Source: an uncultured Candidatus Bathyarchaeia archaeon | GTDB taxonomy: Archaea; Thermoproteota; Bathyarchaeia; Bathyarchaeales; DTEX01 | Direction: 5' to 3' | DNA: 53,783 nucleotides | Assembly: GCA_964422605.1 (NCBI GenBank) | Contig: CAYRBK010000001.1 | Location: forward strand, 100,025-153,807 | Part shown: one piece after another, positions 26,553 through 35,871 of the stretch | How the letters are laid out: the number at the start of each line of letters is the position of its first letter | Position numbering within the stretch: the first letter of the stretch is position 1 | Notes under the pieces: model-generated | Databases searched by the model: none | Told to the model about the DNA's origin: nothing | Seen by the model: only the letters and a program-made list of their open reading frames with translations | Translations under genes and position numbers: made by a program

Positions 26553-27761
26553 ATGAGAAACATACTAGTCAACTGCCTAGAACAAATCCCTCTGGAAGAC
26601 CAGAAGATCGAGGTGGTCGAAAGAAAAGGTCTGGGCCATCCTGACACGATATGTGACAGCATAATGAATGAGGTTTCGGTCGCTCTCAGCAAGGAGTATC
26701 TAGACAAAGCCGGGGCTGTGATGCATCATAACATCGACAAGTCTCTGCTGGCCGCGGGGCAGGTGGTAACGCGGTTCGGCGGAGGCACCGTGAAGAAGCC
26801 AATGAAGCTAATATTCGGCGACAGAGCGACCTTCAAGGTCGATGAGGTCGACATACCTGTAGAAGAGATTGCGGTCAAGACAGCCAGAAACTGGCTCAGG
26901 AATAACCTGAGGTTTGTGAACCCGGACAGGCACGTGATATACCAAGTAGAGATACAGCCAGGCTCATCAGCCTTGACAGACATATTCAGGAGAGGGGGGA
27001 AGGTTCTCGACGCAAACGATACTTCGGCGGCTGTAGGGTGGGCACCCTTGACCAAGACCGAGAGGAGTGTCTTAAGTACTGAAAACTACCTGAACTCGAA
27101 GGAGTTCAAATCTGTCTTTCCAGAGACCGGTGAGGATATTAAGGTGATGGGGCTCCGCAAGGGCGACGAGCTGGAGCTCATCGTGTCCATGGCCTTTGTG
27201 GACCGTTTCATCCAGAGCGAAGGGCAGTACTTCGAGAAGAAGACTGAGGTCCTTGAAGACTTGTACCGGTTCGTGAAGAAGAATAACGACTTCCGAAAGG
27301 TACAAGTGCAGCTGAATACGTTGGACGCGCCTGGAAGAGGCGTAGATGGAATCTATCTAACCGTACTCGGCACAAGTGCAGACGGAGCCGACTCAGGCCA
27401 AGTAGGAAGGGGAAACAGAGTTAACGGGTTGATCTCTCTCAATAGGCCTCAGTGTTCGGAGGCTGCGGCTGGCAAGAACCCGGTCAGCCATGTGGGCAAG
27501 ATCTACAACCTCCTGACTCACAAGATCGCCAATGAGATACATCGCCAAATTCTCGAAGCCAGAGAAGTCTACGTCTGGATGCTTAGCAAGATTGGTCGCC
27601 CCATAGATCAGCCTACGGTTGTTGCCGTACAGATGATTCCGAAGCGCCACGTAGAGATCAGCAAGATAGCGAAGGATGCTGAGGCAGTCGTCGAGTATGA
27701 ACTGGACAACATAGACAAGTTCTGCATGGACTTAGCTCAAGGAAAGATGCCTGTATGCTAA
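26553..27761 (+). CDS. mat: S-adenosylmethionine synthetase, archaeal type
   Basis: 402 aa. The N-terminus ...IEVVERKGLGHPDTICDSIMNEVSVALSKEYL and the overall length match the archaeal MAT family, which is distinct from bacterial MetK. Confidence 0.9.
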   Translation: MRNILVNCLEQIPLEDQKIEVVERKGLGHPDTICDSIMNEVSVALSKEYLDKAGAVMHHNIDKSLLAAGQVVTRFGGGTVKKPMKLIFGDRATFKVDEVDIPVEEIAVKTARNWLRNNLRFVNPDRHVIYQVEIQPGSSALTDIFRRGGKVLDANDTSAAVGWAPLTKTERSVLSTENYLNSKEFKSVFPETGEDIKVMGLRKGDELELIVSMAFVDRFIQSEGQYFEKKTEVLEDLYRFVKKNNDFRKVQVQLNTLDAPGRGVDGIYLTVLGTSADGADSGQVGRGNRVNGLISLNRPQCSEAAAGKNPVSHVGKIYNLLTHKIANEIHRQILEAREVYVWMLSKIGRPIDQPTVVAVQMIPKRHVEISKIAKDAEAVVEYELDNIDKFCMDLAQGKMPVC

Positions 27762-27801
27762 TTGTCCCCTTCCTTGCATGATTGCCACACTCTTGGATGT
27801 C

Positions 27802-28563
27802 CTACTTCGGCAAAGGACCGGAGTGTCCGACGCGGAGATGTCTTCCTCCGGACTGGCCGTAGGGGCACACGTATACACAGAGCCCGCAGAGCCCTTCGCC
27901 CAACCTCTCCTTCCTCTTCTCGCTATAGTCTCTGCATAGCCGCGCGTTGAACCTGATATGCCTTGGGTCCGAAGGACGAAAAGGAACCCCTGTTATCGCC
28001 TTGACTGGGCAAATGCTCACGCAGTCTCGGCATTCCCCGCATCCCCCATCAATCTGAGAGCCAGGTTCCAGAGGCGCGTCTGTAAGTACCGTGGCAAGTC
28101 TGACTCTTGGACCGTGGCTCGGCGTGATTAGGAGGCAGCTCTTTCCTATCCAGCCTAGACCGGATAGGTGTGCCGCAAGTTTGTGGGGGATCACGCCTAT
28201 CATCTTTTCGGTGTCGATGGTTTGAGAGGCTGGTACGGGATAAGCTCGGTGCCCTTCCTCTTGAATCTCTCTTGCCACCTGCAAGGCGATGTCGTCCAAG
28301 CGTGAGTTCACTGAGCTATAGAGCGCTCTGTAGCTGAAAATGGTTGCTCTGTCTTCGTGTCTATGCAGTTCATCAACAACTGCATCTAGTAGCCGCATTC
28401 CGATGGATACTGCCCTAGGGAATCCCCGCAAAGATTCCCCGCCCTGCTCGCACACAAAATCCTGAGCCTCTCCAAGGTCTGCAACACCAAACAAGTCAGC
28501 TCCCAGCTCCTTCGCGGTCCTCTCAAGCTCCATCTGCAGGGTTGATCGTCTCAACCTACGCAC
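27802..28563 (-). CDS. QueG/reductive-dehalogenase-related 4Fe-4S protein (short form)
   Basis: AKELGADLFGVADL, AAHLSGLGWIGKSCLLITPSHGPRVRLATVLTDAPLEP and two Cys clusters (CGECRDCVSICP; CGLCVYVCP) resemble epoxyqueuosine-reductase-like proteins. At 253 aa it is shorter than canonical QueG. Confidence 0.5.
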   Translation of the reverse strand: MRRLRRSTLQMELERTAKELGADLFGVADLGEAQDFVCEQGGESLRGFPRAVSIGMRLLDAVVDELHRHEDRATIFSYRALYSSVNSRLDDIALQVAREIQEEGHRAYPVPASQTIDTEKMIGVIPHKLAAHLSGLGWIGKSCLLITPSHGPRVRLATVLTDAPLEPGSQIDGGCGECRDCVSICPVKAITGVPFRPSDPRHIRFNARLCRDYSEKRKERLGEGLCGLCVYVCPYGQSGGRHLRVGHSGPLPK

Positions 28564-28648
28564 CCCGTAACCTATTCAGTCCTGGCGTATATTAGTCTTG
28601 GAGGATTTTCCCAAGAACCGAATACGGTTTGACTCTGCCCCATAAGTC

Positions 28649-28656
28649 TTAAATAA
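28649..28656 (+). promoter_or_regulatory. candidate TATA box (TTAAATAA) for the SppA-fusion gene
   Basis: The octamer lies 50 nt upstream of the TTG at 28707. Confidence 0.3.
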
Positions 28657-28706
28657 ACTGATGCTCTACCTCTTGTCTAAGAGCAGGATTCCAGACGGCG
28701 AACTTC

Positions 28707-30980
28707 TTGCACGAAAGCAGTCACGAGAAAGAGAGTTCTGAGACTTTCCTGTCCAAGCTACGGAGACCTGAAGTCATCGCGCTGCTCGCTATTGCCATCA
28801 TCTCTTTCTCAGTTGTCTATTCACAGATACTAACAGTGCCTCGCGTGCCCGAGGGGAGGCCCAGAAATATCATAGGCATCATGAGGGTTGAAGGCTACGT
28901 GGAAACCCCCTTGGTCGTTGGCCAGTACACAGATATCATTAACCAAGCGATGCTTAACGACAGCGTTAAGGCTGTGGTGTTGGTGATTGACTCTGGGGGC
29001 GGTTACGCCGACTACGTTGAGGAGATTTATCTTGACCTTCTGGAACTGAAGACACGGAACAAGCCAGTCGTAGCTTCAGTCATCACAGCGCTTTCAGGTG
29101 GCTACTATATCGCAGTTGCAGCCGATCATATCTTTGCCCTCCCCACGTCATTTGTTGGAAGCATCGGGGTAATCGGCATGGGCCCGCCTGTCCTCATACC
29201 GAGCGAGTCCGTGCTGGAGACTGGAGCGTACAAAGTCACGGGCTTCTCTAGGCTTCTCTTTTCCTTCAATCTGAGCCATGCCTTGGACAACTTCGTCTCC
29301 GCAGTGCAGGCGAATAGGGGCGATCGTCTCAAGCTCTCCTCAACCCAGCTGAAGCGGGCAATGATCTACTTGGGAAGCGAGGGTTTGGAGGCGGGTCTGG
29401 TTGATGAAGTTGGGTCTCTCCAAAGGGCGATATCGTGGGCAGTAAACGAGACGAAGCTGACACAATACGAGGTTGTTGAGCTGAGGCCGCTGACCTTGGG
29501 CTTGAATTCGTCCTGGCAGGGCTCCTCTGACTATGCGTCGGCGGAATCCGCGAATCTAACCCTGCAGGTGCTGGACAAGCTCCACCCTCCGCCCGCCATA
29601 CACTATATTTACCTTCCTCCTCAAGTCATTGCTCAAAGCTCATATCCGCCTAAACCCCTAGCGACGCCGTCGACTGGCAGCGGCAATGTTCTCGTTGACC
29701 TGTCTCATGGGAATCTGGCATCATGGTGGGACTTTGACATTCTCATAACGGAGCTCGCTGTCAGAAACATTACTGTAAGCGTTGCATCTCAAAGGTATGA
29801 TTTGGAGACGAGGCTATCTGACGCTACCTGTCTCATAGTTGCATCGCCTACGGAGGTCTACACAGAGGAAGAAGCCGATCGCATTGCCGAGTTTGTCAGA
29901 AAGGGCAAGATGCTGGTAATGTTCTTCGATCCAGCCTGGGAGTATATTGGTCCGGAAGGATTAGTGCAAGGATTGATTGCTCCGATCAATTCCCTTGCCA
30001 CTAGGTTCGGTCTTTCTTTCGCGAAGGGATACCTCTACAACGAGGAGGAGCACTTCGGGTCATACAGAAACATATACGTGACAGACTTTGAGAGTAGCCA
30101 GCTGACCCTGAACCTAGACTCGCTTGTTCTTTTCACTGGGACCCATATACGCCCGACTGGAGAAGGCTTGGCTTGGACAGCGGACACCACATACTCTTCC
30201 GTAGCGGAGAAAGCAGACAGCTACGCCACCATAGCCATGGCGGAGAAAGGAAACGGTACTGTCATTACCTTCGGAGACCTGACTTTCCTCAGCGAGCCCT
30301 ACTGCTATGTAGATGACAACTATCAACTGATACTGAACTTGGCTTCCCTCATCGCCGGAACGCAAGCCCCCGTTCACGGTGAAGAAGACTTTGAGGAACC
30401 GGTGGCGAGGCCAGATCTGCCGGTTGGAACAGAGAAGAACTTCACCGAGTGGGTCGACGGGAACGAGAGGCCTTTCAGGTGGCTTAAGGTCAGCGAGACA
30501 GAGACCATAATTGATCTTCCGAACCAGACGACTCGCTACTATCTTACCGAGGATGGTGGGTTGCGGAGATGGGTGTCAGACGGAATGGAGTGCATCTACC
30601 AGTTCCCTCTTCCCGAGCCGCCCTTCCCATTGACTGGGGGAGAGAGGTGGACGTATGAGAGCAATTACACGCTCACGGTTGAAGGTAAAGCCCATGAAGG
30701 AAACATTGCTGGGGAGGAGGCGGTTGAAGGTTTTGAAGATGTGACGGCGGGAGATGGTGAGACCTACTATTGTGCAAGGGTGGGATACAGGGAAGTGGAG
30801 CAGCTCTTATACAACGGGGCAAACATGACGACTGTAACAACGGGCAAGTACTGGGTCTCTTATGAGGCTGGAACGGTTAAGCAGGAGGCTGTCACTGATA
30901 TTTTCGTGGATGGTGCCTTCGCCGGAAGAGAAACAAGGGCGCTTCTGCTGAAATCGATCCGTAAGGGACAAAGCCCATAG
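28707..30980 (+). CDS. membrane-anchored S49 signal-peptide-peptidase (SppA) domain fused to a large C-terminal extracytoplasmic region
   Basis: An N-terminal TM helix (VIALLAIAIISFSVVY) precedes the S49 core VVLVIDSGGGYADY...ALSGGYYIAVAADHIFALPTSFVGSIGVIG and TGAYKVTG, with Ser and Lys at the expected positions. About 480 further residues include a DUF4350/GldG-like segment (VLVDLSHGN...CLIVASPTEVYTEEEADRIAEFVRKGKMLVMFFDP). TTG start; no in-frame ATG lies before the TM helix. Confidence 0.6.
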   Translation: MHESSHEKESSETFLSKLRRPEVIALLAIAIISFSVVYSQILTVPRVPEGRPRNIIGIMRVEGYVETPLVVGQYTDIINQAMLNDSVKAVVLVIDSGGGYADYVEEIYLDLLELKTRNKPVVASVITALSGGYYIAVAADHIFALPTSFVGSIGVIGMGPPVLIPSESVLETGAYKVTGFSRLLFSFNLSHALDNFVSAVQANRGDRLKLSSTQLKRAMIYLGSEGLEAGLVDEVGSLQRAISWAVNETKLTQYEVVELRPLTLGLNSSWQGSSDYASAESANLTLQVLDKLHPPPAIHYIYLPPQVIAQSSYPPKPLATPSTGSGNVLVDLSHGNLASWWDFDILITELAVRNITVSVASQRYDLETRLSDATCLIVASPTEVYTEEEADRIAEFVRKGKMLVMFFDPAWEYIGPEGLVQGLIAPINSLATRFGLSFAKGYLYNEEEHFGSYRNIYVTDFESSQLTLNLDSLVLFTGTHIRPTGEGLAWTADTTYSSVAEKADSYATIAMAEKGNGTVITFGDLTFLSEPYCYVDDNYQLILNLASLIAGTQAPVHGEEDFEEPVARPDLPVGTEKNFTEWVDGNERPFRWLKVSETETIIDLPNQTTRYYLTEDGGLRRWVSDGMECIYQFPLPEPPFPLTGGERWTYESNYTLTVEGKAHEGNIAGEEAVEGFEDVTAGDGETYYCARVGYREVEQLLYNGANMTTVTTGKYWVSYEAGTVKQEAVTDIFVDGAFAGRETRALLLKSIRKGQSP

Positions 30981-31230
30981 ATACGCGTCTGGGCAATGCT
31001 TATCCAAGATGAACCTCGGCAACTGCAACTCCGAAATCGAGCATAGTCGCCAACCGAGCCGCATCCGCTTTCTCTCTGGAAGGTGTTCTCGGGTTTGCTT
31101 CTGACTTCACCTGAAGGCTTTGGTGTTCGCTGCTGATTTGTCTGACAGACCAGAAACATAGTCGGACAAAGAACAAGAGGCACGAAGTCCGTTGGAAACC
31201 CCTTCTTCTATGCTTAATGTTTCGGGTTTC

Positions 31231-32175
31231 CTATCTCTGGAAATGCTGGATGACCCTTTCCCCGTAAAGCCGTAGGCTGTCATGACCCAAGGGCACAATC
31301 TTGACGATGATGTGCTCAGCGCCAGCCGCAACATATTCCTCAATCCGGCTGATCCACTCATCTGGATCTCCTACGATGCAGATGTCCCGCAGGTCAGACA
31401 AAGAAAGACTAGGCCCCAAAGCCCTTCTCCTTTCAGGCAGGATGAGCCCCTCAGCATACTTCCACGCTTTCTCTGAGCTGGCCGCCAAGCTTGCGTACGC
31501 ATAGTAGGCCGCCTCAATGTCGCCGGGGTTTCTCCCCATCTTCCTTGCGTGTTGCTTGATCCAGTCCCATTTGCTGCGGTATCGCTCCACACTTTGGCCG
31601 GTTGTGATCCAGCCGTCTCCGAGCTCAGCTGTCAGCCTCAGCATACGTGGACCCTCGCTTCCGATCCATATTGGCGGATGAGGCTTCTGCAGCGGTTTGG
31701 GCAAGGATTCGGCCTCACTGATCCTGTGGAATTTCCCCTCATAGTTAGCCACGGGTTGTGTCCAAAACATCTTTACGATCTCTACGACTTCTCTCAACCG
31801 TTCAACCCGCTTCTCGAAGGGGAATCCGAAGGCTTCAAACTCTCTTCTGTACCATCCAGCCCCGATGCCGAGGACGAAGCGGCCGCCGGAGATGACATCC
31901 AAGGTTGCGCCCATTTTTGCTAGGAGGCCGGGATGCCGAAAGGGTGCACAGACAACCTTCGTCCCGAGTGTTATGTTTCTGGTCTTTGCGGCTACGGCAG
32001 CTAGAGCTGTGAACGCATCTAGTGAACCCTTGTCGGGTGTCGTGTACATTAGGTGGTCTGACATCCACAAAGAGTCGAGACCATACTCCTCTGCCAGATG
32101 GGCTAGTTCAGCTATCTCTTCGAACGATCGGTATTCCCACGGCCATATTGTCAGATCCAATCCAAGCTTGACCAT
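31231..32175 (-). CDS. luciferase-like (LLM class) F420-dependent oxidoreductase
   Basis: VKLGLDL...FEEIAELAHLAEEYGLDSLWMSDHL, GGRFVLGIGAGW and the length fit the LLM/Mer-like family. ATG 32175 is preceded by GGTGGGGG at 5-nt spacing. The tracked ORF extends to 32274. Confidence 0.7.
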   Translation of the reverse strand: MVKLGLDLTIWPWEYRSFEEIAELAHLAEEYGLDSLWMSDHLMYTTPDKGSLDAFTALAAVAAKTRNITLGTKVVCAPFRHPGLLAKMGATLDVISGGRFVLGIGAGWYRREFEAFGFPFEKRVERLREVVEIVKMFWTQPVANYEGKFHRISEAESLPKPLQKPHPPIWIGSEGPRMLRLTAELGDGWITTGQSVERYRSKWDWIKQHARKMGRNPGDIEAAYYAYASLAASSEKAWKYAEGLILPERRRALGPSLSLSDLRDICIVGDPDEWISRIEEYVAAGAEHIIVKIVPLGHDSLRLYGERVIQHFQR

Positions 32176-32384
32176 GCTTGCCCCCACCAGAGACTTAATG
32201 GATTGAGCCTTCCAGACACTGTTTCGGACCCCCTCAAAAGCAAGAGCTGGCATAGCATCTCTGTATCGTGACATATCTTAGTGAAGACGGAAAGATATAT
32301 CTCTTGCAGCCCTAGGTAACCCTTAAGACTCTGAGTTCATCTCTTAGACAAAAGGCAACGTTAGCCAGAAGGATTCGAAGCGCC

Positions 32385-32885
32385 ATGGGGGATTGGACCT
32401 TGACCTTGAACAATCAGATTGTATCTTGGCTCAAAGACTGGAAGAGGCTAGCCGTGTTGGGAATTGGGAATCCTCTTCGGGGTGACGACGCACTAGGCTT
32501 GGAGGTGCTTAATCAGCTTAAGGGGAAGGTTCCAGAGAACGTCAAGCTTTTCGAGTGCGAGATGGTTCCAGAGAACTTTCTGGGTGAAATAGAGCTCTTC
32601 AGCCCTACGCATGTGTTGATGATCGACGCGGCACAACTCGGAGCAGAACCGGGAAGCACAAGACTTCTGGCGCCCGAGAGGATGGCTGGAACCGCCGTGT
32701 CCACGCATGCTCTGCCGCTTTCCATCCTAGCTGAAATACTCCGCCAAGATCTGGAGGCAAAGGTTGCCCTCTTAGCAGTGCAGCCCGAAAGAAGCGAATT
32801 CGAAGAAGGCCTGTCTCCAACCGTTCAGAAAGCCGCTAAACAGATCGCCGGAGCTATTGTAGAGGTTACGAAAGGAAAGACCTGA
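32385..32885 (+). CDS. [NiFe]-hydrogenase maturation endopeptidase (HycI/FrhD/HybD family)
   Basis: LAVLGIGNPLRGDDALGLEV, MIDAA and VSTHALPL provide the Asp, Asp and His metal ligands of the family. 166 aa. Confidence 0.75.
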   Translation: MGDWTLTLNNQIVSWLKDWKRLAVLGIGNPLRGDDALGLEVLNQLKGKVPENVKLFECEMVPENFLGEIELFSPTHVLMIDAAQLGAEPGSTRLLAPERMAGTAVSTHALPLSILAEILRQDLEAKVALLAVQPERSEFEEGLSPTVQKAAKQIAGAIVEVTKGKT

Positions 32886-32963
32886 GTACCCGTCTCGCGC
32901 TTTCCAGTGGAAGCTAACATTATATTTCTGGCGTCTCGTCTTAAGTTACTGAGATGGCGTATA

Positions 32964-35243
32964 GTGCGTGTGAAAATCAGGGTTACAGGGATAGTTCAAG
33001 GCGTGGGCTTTCGCCCTTTCGTCTACCGGATCGCATCTAAGAACCATCTAACTGGGTATGTTCGGAATCGGGGCGACGCAGGGGTAGAGATTCTTGTGGA
33101 AGGCATGAGGGATGAGATCGAAAGCTTCTTGAAACAGCTGAAAGCTGAAAAGCCTCCTCTAGCCCGGATACATGAAGTAATCGCAGAACCCTTGAAGGGA
33201 AGAAGCAAATATGAAGACTTTACGATCCACACAAGCTCTGAAGAGCTGGAGCTTTCAGGATCGGTTATTCCTCCGGACATTGCGATATGCGACGAATGTC
33301 TGAGGGAGCTTCTGGACCAGAAGGACCCAAGACACAACTATTTCTTCATCACCTGCACAGACTGCGGGCCAAGATACACGATCATCAAGAGACCTCCATA
33401 CGACCGCGAGAACACCACCATGGACAAATTTCCAATGTGCGACTTCTGCAGAAGCGAATACAAAGACCCTTCGAACAGACGGTTCCACGCCCAGACAGTT
33501 GCCTGCCCCAAATGCGGACCAAAAGCATACTTGACCACAGAGAGCGGGAAACCTACACAAGACGATGACCCTATCCGCGAAGCCGGCAAGCTTCTCTCTG
33601 AAGGGTCAATAGTTGCGGTTAAGGGCTACGGTGGCTTTCACGTCGCAGCCTCCACGGTTCTAGAGGAGCCTCTGATTCGGCTCAGAAAAGCCAAGCATCG
33701 AAGGCAGAAGCCCTTTGCGATCATGGCTGCCAGCTTAGGGGCGATCGAGACTTTCGCAGAGATCACCCAGCAAGAGAGGGAGCTACTGACCTCGTATGCG
33801 CGTCCAATCCTCCTACTGAGAAAGAGCGAAGACTGCTACCTGTCAGATCTGACTGCGCCGGGTCTGCACAATGTTGGCGTCATGCTTCCATACACAGGTC
33901 TGCATCACATGCTTTTTGACGATGTTGGCGATCCGGCTTTTGTTATGACAAGCGCCAACCCTCCAAACGAGCCGATCATAAAGGACAATGCGGAGGCTCT
34001 GGAAAAACTCGGCGAGGTCGTTGACTATTTCCTTTTCCATGACCGACAGGTAGCGCATAGGTGCGACGATTCTGTCGCCCGAGTTCACGGCGAAAAACCT
34101 GTCTTCCTTAGGCGTTCCCGAGGCTATGCGCCCGGACCTGTAATCTTGAGGCAGAAAGGAAGACGGTGTGCTGTCGGTCTAGGTGGGGAGCTGAACAACA
34201 CATCATGCGTCCTTTTGAAGAACAAAGCCTTCATCTCTCAACACGTAGGCGACGTCGAGAACATAGAGACGCAGATGTTTCTCCAAGAGGCGACGAAACA
34301 TCTGATCCGCCTAACAAACAGCAAAGTTGAAGCAGTTGCGTGCGATCTGCATCCCAGATTCTCAACGACCCAGCTTGCCCATGAACTCGCCGAACAGAAC
34401 AGTTGGCAGCTAGTCCAAGTGCAGCATCACCATGCCCATGCAGCTGCCTTGTTGGCTGAGCACAGCGTCGACGAGATCATCGCCATCTGCTGCGACGGCT
34501 ACGGATACGGCTCAGATGGAGAAGCCTGGGGAGGCGAAATCCTGCACTGCAACAAGGACTCGTCGGGCTTTGAACGCATAGCACATCTTCAGAAACAGCC
34601 CTTGGTTGGCGGAGATCTGGCAACGCGCTATCCCTTGAGAGCTGCCGCGGGAATCCTCCATGGCGAAGTAGAGCTGGAGGACTGGCTTCTTGGAATGCAG
34701 GAGCATTTCCCCTACGGCGAAAAAGAGGTCAGCATCATTCTTCACCAGCTCGAAAAGGACGACAAAGTGACCAGAACAACCAGTTGTGGAAGAGTCTTGG
34801 ATGCCGCCGCAGCCATCCTGGGCATATGCTACGAACGGACCTACGAAGGGGAGCCTGCGATGAAACTCGAATCTCGGGCAACCAAGGCCAATAGCGCTCC
34901 AGAACTAAAGCCGAGGATCGACGGTAACACCTTGAACACGACACATCTTCTCCTCGAAATATTCCAGAATAAAGGCACAACATCTGATGCAGAATTGGCC
35001 CTCGCAGCTCACAAATATTTGGCGGATGGTTTGGCGACCCTAGCAGTAGAGAGGGCACATGAGAAAGGTGTCAAGAACATAGGTTTCTCAGGCGGGGTTG
35101 CCTGCAACGAAATCATCGCCAGGTCTCTACGGAGAACCATCGAGTCTTGCGGTTTCAGGTTTCTCGTACATGAAGCTATTCCGCCTGGCGACGGCGGCGT
35201 ATCCTTTGGTCAGGCTGTTGTTGCAGCTTTCCAGAGATCCTAG
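32964..35243 (+). CDS. hypF: [NiFe]-hydrogenase maturation carbamoyltransferase HypF
   Basis: It has the acylphosphatase domain (IRVTGIVQGVGFRPFVYRIA), two Zn-finger pairs (CDEC...CTDCGPRY; CDFC...CPKCGP), a YrdC-like domain and a Kae1-like domain. The start is probably GTG 32964 or 32970; the tracked ORF opens at GTG 32907. Confidence 0.9.
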   Translation: MRVKIRVTGIVQGVGFRPFVYRIASKNHLTGYVRNRGDAGVEILVEGMRDEIESFLKQLKAEKPPLARIHEVIAEPLKGRSKYEDFTIHTSSEELELSGSVIPPDIAICDECLRELLDQKDPRHNYFFITCTDCGPRYTIIKRPPYDRENTTMDKFPMCDFCRSEYKDPSNRRFHAQTVACPKCGPKAYLTTESGKPTQDDDPIREAGKLLSEGSIVAVKGYGGFHVAASTVLEEPLIRLRKAKHRRQKPFAIMAASLGAIETFAEITQQERELLTSYARPILLLRKSEDCYLSDLTAPGLHNVGVMLPYTGLHHMLFDDVGDPAFVMTSANPPNEPIIKDNAEALEKLGEVVDYFLFHDRQVAHRCDDSVARVHGEKPVFLRRSRGYAPGPVILRQKGRRCAVGLGGELNNTSCVLLKNKAFISQHVGDVENIETQMFLQEATKHLIRLTNSKVEAVACDLHPRFSTTQLAHELAEQNSWQLVQVQHHHAHAAALLAEHSVDEIIAICCDGYGYGSDGEAWGGEILHCNKDSSGFERIAHLQKQPLVGGDLATRYPLRAAAGILHGEVELEDWLLGMQEHFPYGEKEVSIILHQLEKDDKVTRTTSCGRVLDAAAAILGICYERTYEGEPAMKLESRATKANSAPELKPRIDGNTLNTTHLLLEIFQNKGTTSDAELALAAHKYLADGLATLAVERAHEKGVKNIGFSGGVACNEIIARSLRRTIESCGFRFLVHEAIPPGDGGVSFGQAVVAAFQRS

Positions 35244-35293
35244 ACCGTAATGGATTTATGTCGCCCGTAGACACATTACGTAAGCTGATAGCG

Positions 35294-35515
35294 ATGTGCT
35301 TGGCGATCCCCGCAAAGGTCTTAAGCATCAAAGACAGCATCGCCCAAGTGGATTTCGGTAGCGGCGTTTCACGCGAGGTAAACGTAGCACTAGTGGAGGC
35401 CAGAGAGGGGGACTATGTTCTGGTTCACGCAGGCTACGCAATCCAAGTTCTGGATGAAGAGGAAGCACAGGAAACCCTTCGACTTTGGAGCGAAATTCTA
35501 GAGGCGGAATCTTAG
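35294..35515 (+). CDS. hypC: hydrogenase maturation chaperone HypC
   Basis: MCLAIPAKVLSI... with the obligatory N-terminal Met-Cys. About 73 aa. The tracked ORF opens 36 nt upstream at ATG 35258, but HypC function requires Cys at position 2. Confidence 0.85.
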   Translation: MCLAIPAKVLSIKDSIAQVDFGSGVSREVNVALVEAREGDYVLVHAGYAIQVLDEEEAQETLRLWSEILEAES

Positions 35516-35871
35516 CCCCGAAACGGAAGAGCCTAGTAACGCTAACGCATAGTGTGATCTCATCCTTCTCTTAAGATTCAGCTGTACGCCTCTGAGTGAA
35601 GAAGGTTGCCCGAGCTTTCCTGTTTGCGTGTCTACTGCAGATCCTTTGCCTGTTGGAGATGCGCTCTTTGCCGTCCTTAGTTCTGAAATCGTCAAGAGAT
35701 GCTATGCTCGCTTCGCTTTAAGTCGTAGAGAAAGTTGGTAAGACAAAAAGGAGGGGAATTTCCAGGTGGGGTTAAACCCGATTCATGCCCGTCTTTCCTC
35801 TCGTCTGCCCTTTGCTATTTGGCTTTTCGGGTTTGTTTTCCAACTCTTTCCTCAAGAGACTTACGAGGTGG

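Noticed and set aside
35498-35695. 65-aa minus-strand ORF overlapping the 3' end of hypC.
   Set aside because: It has no recognisable motif or start context, a composition unlike the neighbouring genes, and it overlaps hypC by 18 nt. I cannot support it as a gene.
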